A DNA stretch of 64,000 bases. It comes from Hormiphora californensis. Its lineage: Eukaryota > Animalia > Ctenophora. Location: contig CM035355.1 of assembly GCA_020137815.1 (NCBI GenBank), forward strand, positions 6,200,001 through 6,264,000, given 5' to 3'. Shown here in pieces: positions 26,726 to 39,169 of the stretch. Position 1 is the stretch's first letter. Each line of letters opens with the position of its first letter. The notes beneath the pieces are model-generated. The model was not told the origin of the DNA. It made no database searches and worked only from the letters and a program-made list of their open reading frames with translations. The position numbers and the translations under genes were made by a program.

Positions 26726-28726
26726 GAGAGAGAGAGAGAAAGAAAGGCGTGCCAATAACCAACCAGGATCTTGCGGCTGCATGTATTTTATGCATCTTCT
26801 GATATATTTTCATTCCATCCTTCTTCCAAATTGCATTTATCTATTTCTCTCTTTTTTCTATTTCTTCTATTTTTCTACCAATCTCTTGGCATATTGTTTC
26901 ATTCGCTGTTTCATTCGCTGGCCTTTCAAGAATCACAAAGACCGTATACAAAAACGGCACATCACAGGATTTTAATTTTATGTTTTTCGGATTCTACGTC
27001 AAAAAATACGTGGGGTAGGGTCCGTAACTTCTCGGGTCACTATAGGCGAGGTAAAACCTCCTTCCAGGACACCGTGCGTACGTACGTTATATTAATTGAA
27101 TCACTACCTCCCAAAATCTCCCTCCCTCCTAACCACAAGTCACAACTATCCACTTACCGGGTTGTAGAATCCGTCAGAGAAGGGATGTCTCCAATGGGTG
27201 ATGCCCTTTACTACAGAGAGTAGGTAGACATTGATTGAGAGGAATGTTAGTCCAATCCAATGGAGGCAGTTGTAAAGGAATAGCCACAGGGATGGTCGGG
27301 AAGACTAGGGAGGGAGATGGAGATTAGTTGTTAAATAGGGTATAACGATGTTAATGTTTATATACCGTGGTAGTTTGTGGAGAATACGTGGAATGAAGGT
27401 GGCTGGTTAATATATCGATGAAATAAACCTGAGTGAGTGAAAAGTGATGTTGTGTTCAATGATGAGTAAGTGGCTTCAAAACTTCCAATCTTATGACTAA
27501 CTGTGGTGTTGGTGGGTACAGGTTGGAAGTCATCTTCATCTATCTCCTCTTCTTCATCATCTGTATAATCTGCAAGTAAGGGGGTCGAATCACTGCGCTG
27601 GCAAGCGCAAAGGTGACCCCATCCATCCCCCGAAAAAAATTTCCCCCAAAAACGGCCCGCTTGCTCACAGCGTATATATAGTTATTTCATACTTTTACCC
27701 CATTTTGGCACTTTTTGACATGCCATAACTCCCGAACCGGAAGAGCTAGAAAGCTGAAATTTTTTACTTAGAAGCTTCTTGTAGACATCTATCCATGGTA
27801 AAAATTTCAAGTGGTTAGCTCTTTTTGTTCAAAAGTTATAACACCACCCCCAAAACAGAAAATTCAGTGTGGGGATTGGTAATGAAATTACCCCTCTGCG
27901 CTATGCAATAATAGGGGTGACTTCGTAACCAAGTGTGGGGATAACTAGGTTGATACATACATACATACATGGATAGACGCTTTGTTACCTTCCGTTTGGT
28001 CCCAGTTTGAGACGAACCAGACATCGTACGACCTTAAACCAAGCGGCATTCGACAGATAATTGTCTCGTGCATGTACCCATCTGGGTGGCGACTCTCCAT
28101 CTTACCTATGACGCGCGCAATGACGTCACGAGTGACGTCATTGCGCGAGACCGACTAACTTTTTTCAAACGCCTCTAGCACCCTGAAGACATGTTCCGAT
28201 TTCTGATTTGACGAAAAATCGTTACCGGCAAATCGTCTGAACTTTCAGATACTATATAGCGAATTTTCGTAGCTTATCATTTTGAGCCCTTAAATCGCGT
28301 CGGAAGTCAAAAATTTGACTAAAAATTCAGCAAATTGAACGTTTTTCGAGCAAAAACTCCCTTTCCTGACCACTGTGGTCAATGAAACTTTACAAGCTCC
28401 TTTGGGGTATTGATTCAAAATATATCGTGATGCAATTACGTCGGTAAGACGTCACTGATTACGTCAGATGACGTCATAATGACGTCTAAAATACGATTTT
28501 CACAGAAATTCGTCTCGTTTCTCATATAGCGCATCATTTCGACAATATTACATCATGAAATAATGTCATGCTGCGATTAGAAACCAAAAAGGGACCTAAA
28601 TTAAGCCAAAAACTAATTTAAATTAGTTGGCGGGAAAGGTGACCCACTTACACCTTTGCCTGCTACCGGGATCAGGGATATAAGAGGTGAATATAATGGA
28701 ATAAGACAGTGAAAGAGAGTGTGATA

Positions 28727-28777
<51 letters not shown>

Positions 28778-28808
28778 CGAGAGAGAGAGAGAGCGAGAGA
28801 GAGAGAGT

Positions 28809-28900
<92 letters not shown>

Positions 28901-31801
28901 CAGGGAGGAGAGAGAGAGAGAGAGAGGGATTGAACGAACAGGAATAAGTTACCCTCGAAAAATGAGAGATTGAGATACCGAGGGATAGAATGAGAGTTCG
29001 TGGTGATACCCGGCGGTAGCAAAAGGTGTAAGTGGGTCACCTTTCCCGCCAACTAATTTAAATTAGTTTTTGGCTTAATTAGAATACACTAACTAACTGC
29101 TTTCCCAGATATATTCTTGAATCCCAAATTATTTACGCCTAATCAGTTAATTAACTACCTCTAATTATGTAGTTGATTATTTAATTACCCGCGTTACGAG
29201 AAGTATTTGTCGTCGTTGTCGTCTCACCCTTGTCAGTCCGTCTGTTCCGTTTTCCTGTTTAGTGTCAAGTTAAGCTGCAGAGCCGGTGACTTCCTTCCCA
29301 CTTTGACTAGAGGTGCGGTATCAGCAGTTGAGAATGTCTCCATCTCTCCGACAGATTCACCAGAGGTGGCTGTTAGATGTCTCAGCTCGTCCTCGGATCC
29401 ATCCTGGAGCTCCGTTATGATTGATATAGGAGACACCCGTCGGGATGATGCCTTTTGGTGGTGATTTCTGGCGTTTAGGAGACACTTTCCTTGTTGGAGG
29501 CGATGCTTTACATCTCGGGGGCGATGCTCTACGGAGTACAATTACTGGAGATTTCTTATTGATATCAGTTGGAGAACGCCGGGGAGGTGAGACCTTCCTG
29601 CCTCTTGGGGGAGAGACTCTGTTAGCTCTTGGTGGAGACGAATCTACTTCCCCTTACAGGTGACTGTTCTACTGGTTTTCCTTTTTCGACCGGGTACGGG
29701 TTCTGGTGACCACGAATAGGACCGGGGGAAGTTATAGTTCCCAACCGGGGAGCGGTCTACTTTGCGAGTACGAAGAGTATACCTCGTGTCGATCTCAGAG
29801 GCACTGGACATCTTGGTAGTTATGTACGAGTACACAGAGCTGAGAAGGGAAGGTTGTGGAGGGGTGGGTTCCTTCTCCACAGGAGTGTCGGAGGGGAGGA
29901 GGAGTGGGTGGATGCGGGGGCCGTTGAGAGGAGCTCAGGAGGTTCAGCGGGGGTTTGAGCGGGGGTTGAAGTCCCATGCGAACAAGCGAAGTGATGTTCT
30001 CCACGAATTAGTCCTGTCTTTCCTTTTCTTTGGATGCAGGGAGATAGTGCCTTTGATATCCTTCGTTTCCGGGGCGTTATTGGAGGCACTGGGGCCTCAT
30101 CGTCCTTCTGACTTGGACCCAGACCAGAATCTTCTTCCTGAGAGACAGATGGGGACCGTTTTGGGTCTTCTCGGGATACAGACCTGGACCGGAGAGCCCA
30201 ACGCGAGGTGGTGTGATCTTCAGTTATGTTAGTCGTCTCACTGATATTGTTAGTGATAAGATAACTTTCTGTAACATGTTCAGAGATCGAGACCCTTCTC
30301 GCTCGAGACGTCTTGTCGATCTCGGTTGAGGGAGTGCTGCTAGGTTTACGTTTTCGAGGTTTTTCAGGAACATCTTCCGTGACAACCTGTGACTCTTCAA
30401 CCACCTCCGTTGCAACCAATTCTTCAGTATCGTCAGATTCAACCACTGGCGAGGGGTCTTTTGGAGGAGCTGCACCAACTTGTAGAATGTTATTTATGTT
30501 AGTATTGTCTGTTATTGTTGTAATGTTAGTTTCATTTAATATTTCCACCGCTTCCGTGTCTATGGAGACTTTTCTGGTTCGGAGGTTGTACTCAGAATCC
30601 ACTGCTTCCTCAACCTCTGGAGTTTTAGTTCTCTTCCTGGGGGAGGGTCGTTTTGGCTGGTTCTTTCTTTTTAGCGGGTGGAGCTTCAGTTTTTGGGTCC
30701 TCAGTATTGGTTACACTCAACGTTGTGTTCGTATTTTCTGTGTTTGTTATATTGACCGTCTCTGAAGTGTTAACAATCGTATTGATAGTTTCACTTAAAT
30801 TCACGATTGATGTCTTGTTAATGACAGTCTCCTCGTTTTCCTCTACGATATTCCTTCGTCTCGATCGTTTCGGTTTTACGGTTTCCTCCACAACCTCCGT
30901 CACAACTTTCCGATCTCTCAGGTTGTGCTCGGTTCCATGGTATCAGAATCATCTGCTGTTTCAGACACTTTTTGTCGACTTGGTTTTGATGCGTTTTGGC
31001 TTCTTTGCCTTAGGTTTCGGCTTTGTTTCAGCAACTACAACCTCTTCGGTCGTTTGATCTTTGGATACCTTTCGAGTGCGAAGATTGTACTCATCCGTTC
31101 GGTTAATCTCCTCTTCATCATTGCTTTCAAACTCAGGAGAGGTTGGTCGTCGCCTGCGAGGGGGCTTTCGGGAAGTCTTCGGTTCATCAGCAGGAGGTGT
31201 TGGATCTTTTTGGCCTTCTTGTCTTTTGTTGGTTTTGGCTCCTTCCGTGCCTTCACTGTCTCTTTGTCGTTTCTTCAACCGTCTCCTGGGTAACTTTCTT
31301 CCGTTTTCGACGTGTTGGCGTTGCAGGTTCAGGTATAACTGCTGGCTCTGGTGTTGGTTCTTTAGGAGCAATTGCCGGTGGTGGGTCAGACTTAGCCGCC
31401 TCAGATTTCTTACTCAGATTGTCAACAAAAGTCCGAGTAGTGTTCCTTATAATGACGACTCCGTCTCTATCAAGTTCAGGAGTTCGGGACATTGAGGTTC
31501 TTCGTCGATCAAGGAGAGAAGAAGAAGGGCCTACCGCGGACGAGGACTGCCAACTTTCCTCCTCGTCAGCAACAATATCCCCATTAACAGTAGATTTAAA
31601 TGACTTTGAAACCGAAACATGAATATTCTTGCTCGTCTCTGTTGGTCGTTCCACAGTAAGAGCTGCCCGACCTCCCACGGTCCGTCTAGCGAGGGAGTGG
31701 GATAGGGTGGAAGAACTCGTTGAGGATGTAACAACACTGGAGGATGTGGTCACAGACTTTGAGCTACTTGAGGTCGTTGTCGTTGTCTTCTTAGATGTCA
31801 T
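19767..31801 (-). CDS. SUN: SUN-domain inner nuclear membrane protein (SUN1/2, UNC-84 family) with very large N-terminal region
   Basis: C-terminal exons give DKTGRADFALEALGGSILST, QPGITPGQCWAFKG, VSMEHLP..DISSAPRRFSI, IVELYIESNHGNPEYTCLYRIRIHG (canonical SUN domain). Coiled-coil exons 21.3-24.1 kb; TM exon GYLAGALFLLLITSLLTIL (about 25110-25300); linker exons at about 25983-26100, 27158-27305, 27366-27569; about 2.6-kb exon 29189-31801 with several indels. Upstream exons at 31886-32017 and 32126-32170 may be UTR. Confidence 0.9.
24150..24243. repeat. 21-bp tandem repeat (atatttgggagatatttggag)n
   Basis: Directly visible in a SUN intron. Confidence 0.9.
25725..25985. repeat. 28/29-bp minisatellite (ggtaaccatggtaacgccttcctaccca[a])n
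   Basis: About 8 units starting at a SUN exon donor. Confidence 0.92.
27573..28683 (-). mobile_element. Helentron-associated (HINE/DINE-1-like) non-autonomous element; truncated second 5' end at about 29003-29080 on +
   Basis: Minus strand starts TTATATCC; gggtcaccttt present near both ends; internal (TACA)n; 3' hairpin tgcgct-tgcc-agcgca followed by CTTACTTG; no TSD. Confidence 0.65.
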
Positions 31802-32519
31802 CTAGAAAAGTTGCGGTCAGTCAGTCAGTCAGTCAGTCAGTTGAGTGGTTATATTTTTAGCTGTTTAAGGTTAGACTAGTTGTCACCTCTGTTTAGAAGG
31901 TTGGGTCTGGAGCTAAGGAAATTTGGCGGTGTAAATCGTCGATCGACTGGTTGAGGGGTGTCGCTGCTGGTTGGTGAGACTGGATTTATGTTCGCTCTTG
32001 TGAAGTATTTGTGGGGTCTGAAAAGTAAAATTGTCAATTAAAATATATATTTAAATTTGTAAAAGAGGGTCGTAAAGAGAGATAGGGTCAAGTAAGGCAA
32101 GATTATTACCAATGCAAAAACTTACGTGAGTGCTCTTCTGGGTGAGGGGGTATAGATGGAACTTCTCATGCCAGGGGGCACGAAATTTTCACTCCAGTGA
32201 ACTCAGGCCTTCGGAAACTATTAATCGGAGCTATGCTAGCCCTAAGGCGAATATTTGTCAAACGATCAATGAATCAAATTATTAAAATTCAGTGGGCTCC
32301 GTCGGCCAACTGAAGAGGACCCACGGAAAATTTCCACACGCTCAGGGCACTGTTACAATCTAGGTGTATACTGTATACTGTATAAAAGCCTGTTTCCATG
32401 TGCACGCAGCCAAAAAAGTACACTACGCTAGCTAAAATGGCCACCGGCCAGTGGCCACCAAGGCCAACCAAATACAAATACAAATACAAATATACATTTA
32501 TTGACCCTTTCGGCCAATT

Positions 32520-34450
32520 CAAAGTTTATCTGATAGAAAATCTCAAACCCTAAACCCAAATCCAAACCGCAGCTCTAATCCTAGCCGTAAGTTTGCCTTA
32601 ACCCTAAAAAACCGTAATCGCTGTCCGCTGAGACTCAAAAGGTTGGCGCAGCGCGGGATAAGGCAGCGCTTTTGCCTTTTCAACTCAAAAGGCAAAACCC
32701 AAATTTTGAAGTTTTTAAAAACACGTAAAGTCCTTGGCATACGTTGCAGGCCCCTTATAATATAATATAAGGGGCCTGGAGGGAATACCGCGCTGGGGGG
32801 GAATACATCATCAAGCATATCTCCGGTTCCAGATAAGGTACAGAAATCGTTTTAGTAGCGTTGAAAAGAGGAAGATAACAGCTTTCAAATGCAACCGGTT
32901 TCAGGTCTCTATCTTATCAGGAACAGGAGATATGAACCAAACTCCGCAAAATCGAGTGCGGTAAAATAAAAAAATTCGAGATTTTAATTCAAATTTGAAA
33001 CAAAGTGTCCCTGCAGGGATCTGTGACGTCACTTTTTGAAAACAACCAATCTTTGAACGGCTATTGCTCAGCCTCCTCAAGTCCAATTAACTTCTCTCAA
33101 AAACAGCAAGGTAGATAATTGTCAGATCTAACAGCTAGTGAAAGAATCAAGTCAAACGGACTTCAGGGGCCAAAGTTATAAGCACCGCCGTTTTTTCGCT
33201 CGCAAAGTTATTTTCGACCCAGCCGGTCCCGTCCTGAGCTCAGGCCAAACGCGCGCGCGGCATTCCCTCCAGTCCCCTCGTTGCGGGGGTGCGCGCATGA
33301 GGGGGCTGCAGCGCATTCCAAGTAAAGTCCATTTTTTTCAACTGTTCACCCAAAAACTGAAATTTAATAAAAATTAGAATTTGGGTGGCGCGCGCTATAC
33401 GTTAACATGTGATAAACGCGCAAAACAATTCCGCGCACGACTTTGGGGGGTGAACAGTTGAAAAAAAATGGAGTAAAGTCCATTTTTATTCAACTGTTCA
33501 CCCCTCAACTCGTGCGCGTGCGATATTTTAATTTACGCTGCGCGCGCTACACGTTAACATGTGATAAACGCGCAAAACAATTCCGCGCACGACTTTGGGG
33601 GGTGAACAGTTGAAAAAAAATGGAGTATATAAAGTCGGATTTTTTGAAACTGTCACCCCCCTTTTCGTGCGCGGAATGTTTTTGCGCGTCACATCACATG
33701 TTAACGTGTGGTGTGCGCGTCAAAATTGATAAATTTTACATGCGCGGTCATTTTGGGGTGACAGTTTCAAAAAATCCGACTTTAACGGCCAAAAGTAAAG
33801 ATTTAGAAATTTTAAGTTTTGAAATTTAAAAAAGTGCGCCGCAACAAAGGTAACGCGCGCGCCGCGCCGAGTAAAATCGATTCTGAAATCCTGTAAAGTG
33901 CGTTTCAAACGACTTGACCTGAGATTCCGGGCGCCGTTACGATCTGGGTGTTTGGAGGCCTGTTAACAGGTGCGCGCTGCCAAAAAAGTTGATTCACTAA
34001 AATGGCTCTAACCGCCAAACCACTCAACCGTTTTGGCTGATTCAAAGTTTATCTGGTAGGGAATGTCAAGGCATAACCCCAACCCAAACCCCAACCCTAA
34101 CCCTAACCCTAGAAAACCGTTTGTCAGCACTTCCAAAACACCCAGATTTTAACGCTGGCCTGAGATTCCTGGAAATTCAGGATTTCCCCTTTGTAAAATT
34201 TACAATGTAAATACACGCGCAATGCACCAAATTCCAAGAATTACGGGTCAAGTCGCTTGAAACGGACTTTAAAATTATGTGTGATCGAAATTTTTAAATT
34301 TCGTTTCAGTCGAATTTTTCTAAACCAGACCTCTCAGACTGTTAAAATCATCGCTAAAATGTTCCCTGGGCCCTATCCCTACACCCTGTGCCCTGTTTGG
34401 GGTTCACGTTCGCTGAACGTTGCTCCCACCGCAGTCCCCAGCCCCCAGGG
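32520..34450. mobile_element. Composite interspersed repeat region with AACCCT-like runs and about 127-bp tandem/inverted units (33320-33790)
   Basis: acgttaacatgtgataaacgcgcaaaacaattccgcgcacgactttggggggtgaacagttgaaaaaaa occurs twice with inverted partners; shares sequence with 4.8-5.5 kb. Confidence 0.6.
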
Positions 34451-34469
34451 TCTGCCATCCGGTGTCCCT

Positions 34470-34835
34470 TAGCGTCCGGGCGCTCCAGAATAATCGTCTC
34501 GGAAAGCGTGCGGAGGTGTCAACATGCCCTACTAACACCCAATCATCGGTAGCTACGAAGTTTCAAAATTACTTTGCTTCTAGAGCGACCCGACTGTGGA
34601 ACACCCTCCCAAGTGATGATTCAGCAAAAGACCTAGCTGGGTTCAAAATACTTCTTGGGGAATGGTTGAAGAGGATGCCGGATCGTCCACCGGTGCCTGG
34701 ATATACCAGACAGAATAACAACTCAATTCTGGACTGGATACCACTGGTATCTAGGGAGGGGGAGGATCTGTGAGGAACTGACACCTGTACAGCATCTGTA
34801 CGAAGAACATTACTGGTTACAAGATTACAAGACCG
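34470..34835 (+). mobile_element. 5'-truncated LINE (CR1/L2 group) ORF2 C-terminus
   Basis: NYFASRATRLWNTLP..DLAGFKILLGEWLKRMPDRPPVPGY..NNSILDW is a typical CR1/L2 ORF2 tail; acaagatt repeat tail. Confidence 0.75.
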
Positions 34836-35119
34836 CCGGACGCTGTGTGAATAATGCAATTTTTAGAGGCCCCTGTATAACAATTGTTTGCATGAATGAC
34901 AAATCATTTATCATTAATTACTTTTATTTCGTAGTTGGCTGAGAGAGATGTATAGTTTGCAACAAGATAGATAATATGTTTGCTAGCTCTTTTTTCGCAC
35001 AACACGCCCTACTGTACAACAGTTGAAGGGGAAACATACAGCGGGCAGATCTCGGGGTGGATTTATAGTTTATTCTGTACTTTTCATGTTTTTAGGAAAC
35101 TGTGGACCGTATATAAATA

Positions 35120-36127
35120 ATGTTGGCCACAGACCGGAAAAATTGTACGACATGTTATATTGAGGATGTACAGGATGATATTATTACTCTTCCAAAGATC
35201 GAGCTCCATGCACATTTAAACGGCTGCGTTCGTTTGTCCCACCTCTCTGATCTTGTAGATCCGGCATCCCTTCCCGACCCTTCCAAAATGCAGGATCTCC
35301 CCACTGGATTTGCATTCATGGCCTCTGTTTCTGCACTTACTCGTGACCCAGCCATCCTGGGCGTTGTGGTGGAGCGTGTGTTGGACGACTTTGAAAAGGA
35401 TGGAGTTGTGTATTTAGAGTTGAAATCTGGTCCTAAATCAAGTGAGAAAACCACTAAAAGAGAGTATATAGAGTGCATTATTGACGCAATGAAAGCTCAC
35501 AAGGGTCGCCTGATTCCTCGGTATACCATCAGTATTGATCAGTCTAAATCTCTTGAGGATATGATAGAAAATGCCCAGCTTGCCATCGAGTACAACAAAC
35601 TCTCTGATATTTGTGTGGGCGTAGATATTAGTGGTGATATTTTCAAGGCTAACAAAGAACATTCTCTTCGTGTCTTGAAAATGTGTAAAAATGCCGGTCT
35701 AAAGATATCGTGTCATATCGCTGAAGACCTTGAAAGTGGTATTTCTAGCCACACCGCCGACCTGCTACGCCAAATCCACCCAGACAGGCTCGGGCATGCT
35801 ACCATGATTCCAGTTGGTTCAGAAGACGGGGAATTTGTAAGAAAGAACAAGATTCCGATTGAGTGTTGTATGACCTCCAATGTGTTTTGTAAGACTGTAC
35901 CAAGTTACAAAGGAGCACCATTTTAAAACGTGGTGGGATCTCGGACACCCTGTATTGTTATGTACCTGACGATTCAGGTACATTTAATACAACACTTAGT
36001 AAAGAGTACCAACTGGCGGTGGATAGTTTTGGGTTCACAATTGAGGAATCTGAAGACAATGAATAGGGCCGCTATTGAGTGGGTGTTCGATGAAAGTGTG
36101 AAGGAGAGGCTGAGGAAGTTGATTTAG
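35120..36127 (+). CDS. ADAL: Adenosine deaminase-like protein / N6-methyl-AMP deaminase; intronless, 3 frameshifts near the 3' end
   Basis: LPKIELHAHLNG, DGVVYLELKS, VGVDISG, HIAE, DRLGHAT, IPIECCMTSN; after indels EHHF..GHPVLLCT/DDSGTFNTTLSKEY. Confidence 0.9.
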
Positions 36128-36297
36128 TTCCTGCAAAGTGTGTTTTTTAAATGATTTATACGGGTTTTTAATATTATGTGTGATTTTCTTGTACAATATA
36201 ATCAAATAATCTATACGTTATTACTCAAAACAATTTGGTTCGTCAAAAGCAGGTCTATTTGAATTTAATTAATACTTTCTTTGTGAACAGTTAGAAG

Positions 36298-38833
36298 ATG
36301 GAATTGCAGATATGGCCAGGCAATTGGGGACTTCCTTCAACTGATCCTCAATGTCTTACTGTTATTGTAAGTAAAGAATCCAGTCACCAGTGTTAGAATA
36401 CTGTATTTATACAGTATTCCAACATAATTATGCAACGTATTATTAATGTTCCGTTAATTAAAAAGTTGATTATTAATCATCAACTGTTCAACACCTCAAC
36501 TTCTCCCCAGACGTATTGCCGGATGTGTGGATTTGATTTGCCTACTGCAGTAGTTCCTGGGACGTGGAATGGTAGACGACTACCCGTTCTCACCCTGTCT
36601 GAGTCTGGAGAATATTTAGAAACTCCTCAAAATATTATTAATCTACTCATATCACGGGTAAGCTGGCAATATGCGAGGAAAGACAGCAACTAAACGTAGT
36701 GATTGTTGAGTAAATCCTGCTCAAGATGCGATTTCCAAGAAGCTGTACCAAAGTCTCTGCTAAAAGCCTTGTATTAGCTTGTGCCTTAAAGTGCATTAGC
36801 TTGTCAATAAACCCGACAAATAAAGTCGAGTTCTTACCTCTCACAGAGTACAGACAAAGTAATCCTCAAAGACTGTCAAAACAGGGGTGACAGCTAAAAT
36901 TTTACTGGTAGACATACCACCAAGATTCCCAAGTTACCCATCGTCTTGTATGTTTGGCAGTTTCGCTGGATTAAGTTACCCTCGTCACTCAACTGAAACT
37001 TTGCTTGCCTTGCTCCGCGCTCGACCACAAATTTTGTCAGCTATTATATGCTCTGGTTCAGTACAGCACAATAATGTAATCAGTAATTATAACAACTGTT
37101 TTCGCAGGACTCGATACAAATGGACCATCATTTGAGTGAGAAGAATAAATCTGAGGCCGTTGCTCTAACATCGATGGTGACAGAAACACTTTATACTGCC
37201 ATGGTAAGACCTCCATTAGGAGGTTTGAAACTTTCTCAACTTTAACCCCACCTTTTCATACTGCATGACTGTTATGTCCTGCACGGTTCAGAGAAGGCGG
37301 CCTTTTGTGGGACAACCCCACCCGGCTTTTCAATCGCTTCTCACTGTTCCTTTCGGCGTTCTATCCAGTTGTGTGATTGTTCCTCACGATTATCTTTTTT
37401 CAGTTGTGTGCTCTGTGGCTTGATGATGAGAACTATGAGGCTGTTTCCCTGCCGTCCTACAAAGAAATATTTAAACTTCCCTTCTCCTACTTTAAAGCTT
37501 ATGTAAGTAACCTCACACCTCTCTCGATTGTCACATTTTGATTCCTTCTGGTCGTTTCATGAAACTACAGATTATATTCTTTTGGACGAAATAACTAATT
37601 TATTTCTATCCAATAGTAAAACTAAACTATTCCAAGTATCCCCCACTTTATTCCAGGAAATGCGCCGGTTTGTTCGATGTCTCGTTCTAGCTCGACACAG
37701 CCTTGACGACAACACGGATCTCACAACTGTTCTTAAGAAGGTAACGCGCGGTGTGTTGATTGTTGGGGTAGTGGCGCGAGAAGGACGCGCGCAATAGCTA
37801 TCTTTTACACACAACAACGAATTGAACCGAATTCACATTGATTGATTTTAATTACTTACTGTTTTTATCTATTTTAATTACTTTAATTGGTTTTAATTAC
37901 TTTAATTGGTTTATTTCCAGGTATTTGACTCCAGTAAGAGATGTCTTCAGATTCTTGCCAACAAATTGGGCAGTAAGCAGTATCTATTTGGGGATGTACC
38001 ATCGCAACTGGATGCTTATGTATTTGCTCATCTATCTCTCATCCGGTCAGTCAGAAGAAAAGCATCCTTATCTAACCATTGCTTGTTGTTTACAATCCAT
38101 GTTTTATTGTTACATGCCACTTATCATAGGTGTTTGTACTAGACTACTAATCCGATTAGTGCAGAACAGAACAGCCGGCAGCCCCAATATATTATATTTG
38201 TGGCTACTTTCTTGCTCTTCCCGCAAACAAAAACAGGGATTGGTTCTTATCTGTTAACAAATCCTGTTCACAGGTCATGTCCTGCGAAGTCCCGTCTAAA
38301 AGAAGATATGACGAAACTTGCAAATCTTGATGATTATGCCTTGAGATTACACAAGAAATATTTTCCCAGTAAGTAATATATTGAGTAATCTGTAGAAACT
38401 TCCTTCCGGCTTCAAGTATTGAAAAGTTTGAAACTTAATTGAGTTCAATAGTTTTAGTTTGAACCTATAATTTCACCTCTCTTCCCCCAGAATTACACCG
38501 GGACTATACCCCTGTACAAAATGTTGAACATTGGCTCATGTCAAAAACCAAACGACACCAGGTAATTTAATTTCTGAGTCTCGGATACGATTGAAATATC
38601 CCTATCGCAGCAAATTAGCAGTATCGTAGCTACCATCCCCTATATTTCTTGCCTTTTTCGGCCGTCTCTCTACAAATGTAAAGTAGGGTTAGAACATAAC
38701 AATGTATTTCTAACTCCCTGTTGTTTTTCAGTTGGCATCCCTGACAGCGGTCTTGGGTCTGATTGGAGTGTTTGTTTGGTATCGAGGAGGGAGCAGACTC
38801 CACATCAATAACAGGGCCCTGGAGCCCCGGTAA
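36298..38833 (+). CDS. MTX1: Metaxin-1/3 (9 exons)
   Basis: MELQIWPGNWGLPSTDPQCL; LWLDDENY; CLQILANKLGSKQYLFGDVPSQLDAYVFAHL; C-terminal TM LASLTAVLGLIGVFVWY; one indel in exon 3. Confidence 0.92.
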
Positions 38834-39008
38834 ATAGGTTCTAGATAGTATTAATGAAGTGAGAGTCTGTGAACATTAGAGTGATGAGACTGAGAGACTG
38901 AGAGAGTGATGAAAGAGAAAGAGAAGACAATTCCCATCGCGCTTTCCTGTCACATAACGGTAGACTAATACAATTCTGCACAAGGCCTGTCTCTATCTTT
39001 TCGTCTCT

Positions 39009-39169
<161 letters not shown>

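Noticed and set aside
31886-32170. Two upstream SUN exons as coding (MRSSIYTPSPRRALT...)
   Set aside because: As written they splice out of frame with the ATG at 31801; treated as probable 5' UTR or indel-affected.
34075-34112. AACCCT runs (also 5210-5260, 32545-32610) as interstitial telomeres
   Set aside because: Short, degenerate and embedded in copies of a dispersed repeat.
29189-37200. Frameshifts in SUN, ADAL and metaxin as programmed frameshifting or mass pseudogenisation
   Set aside because: Single-base indels are scattered across unrelated conserved genes with no shared slippery motif; consensus error is the simplest explanation.
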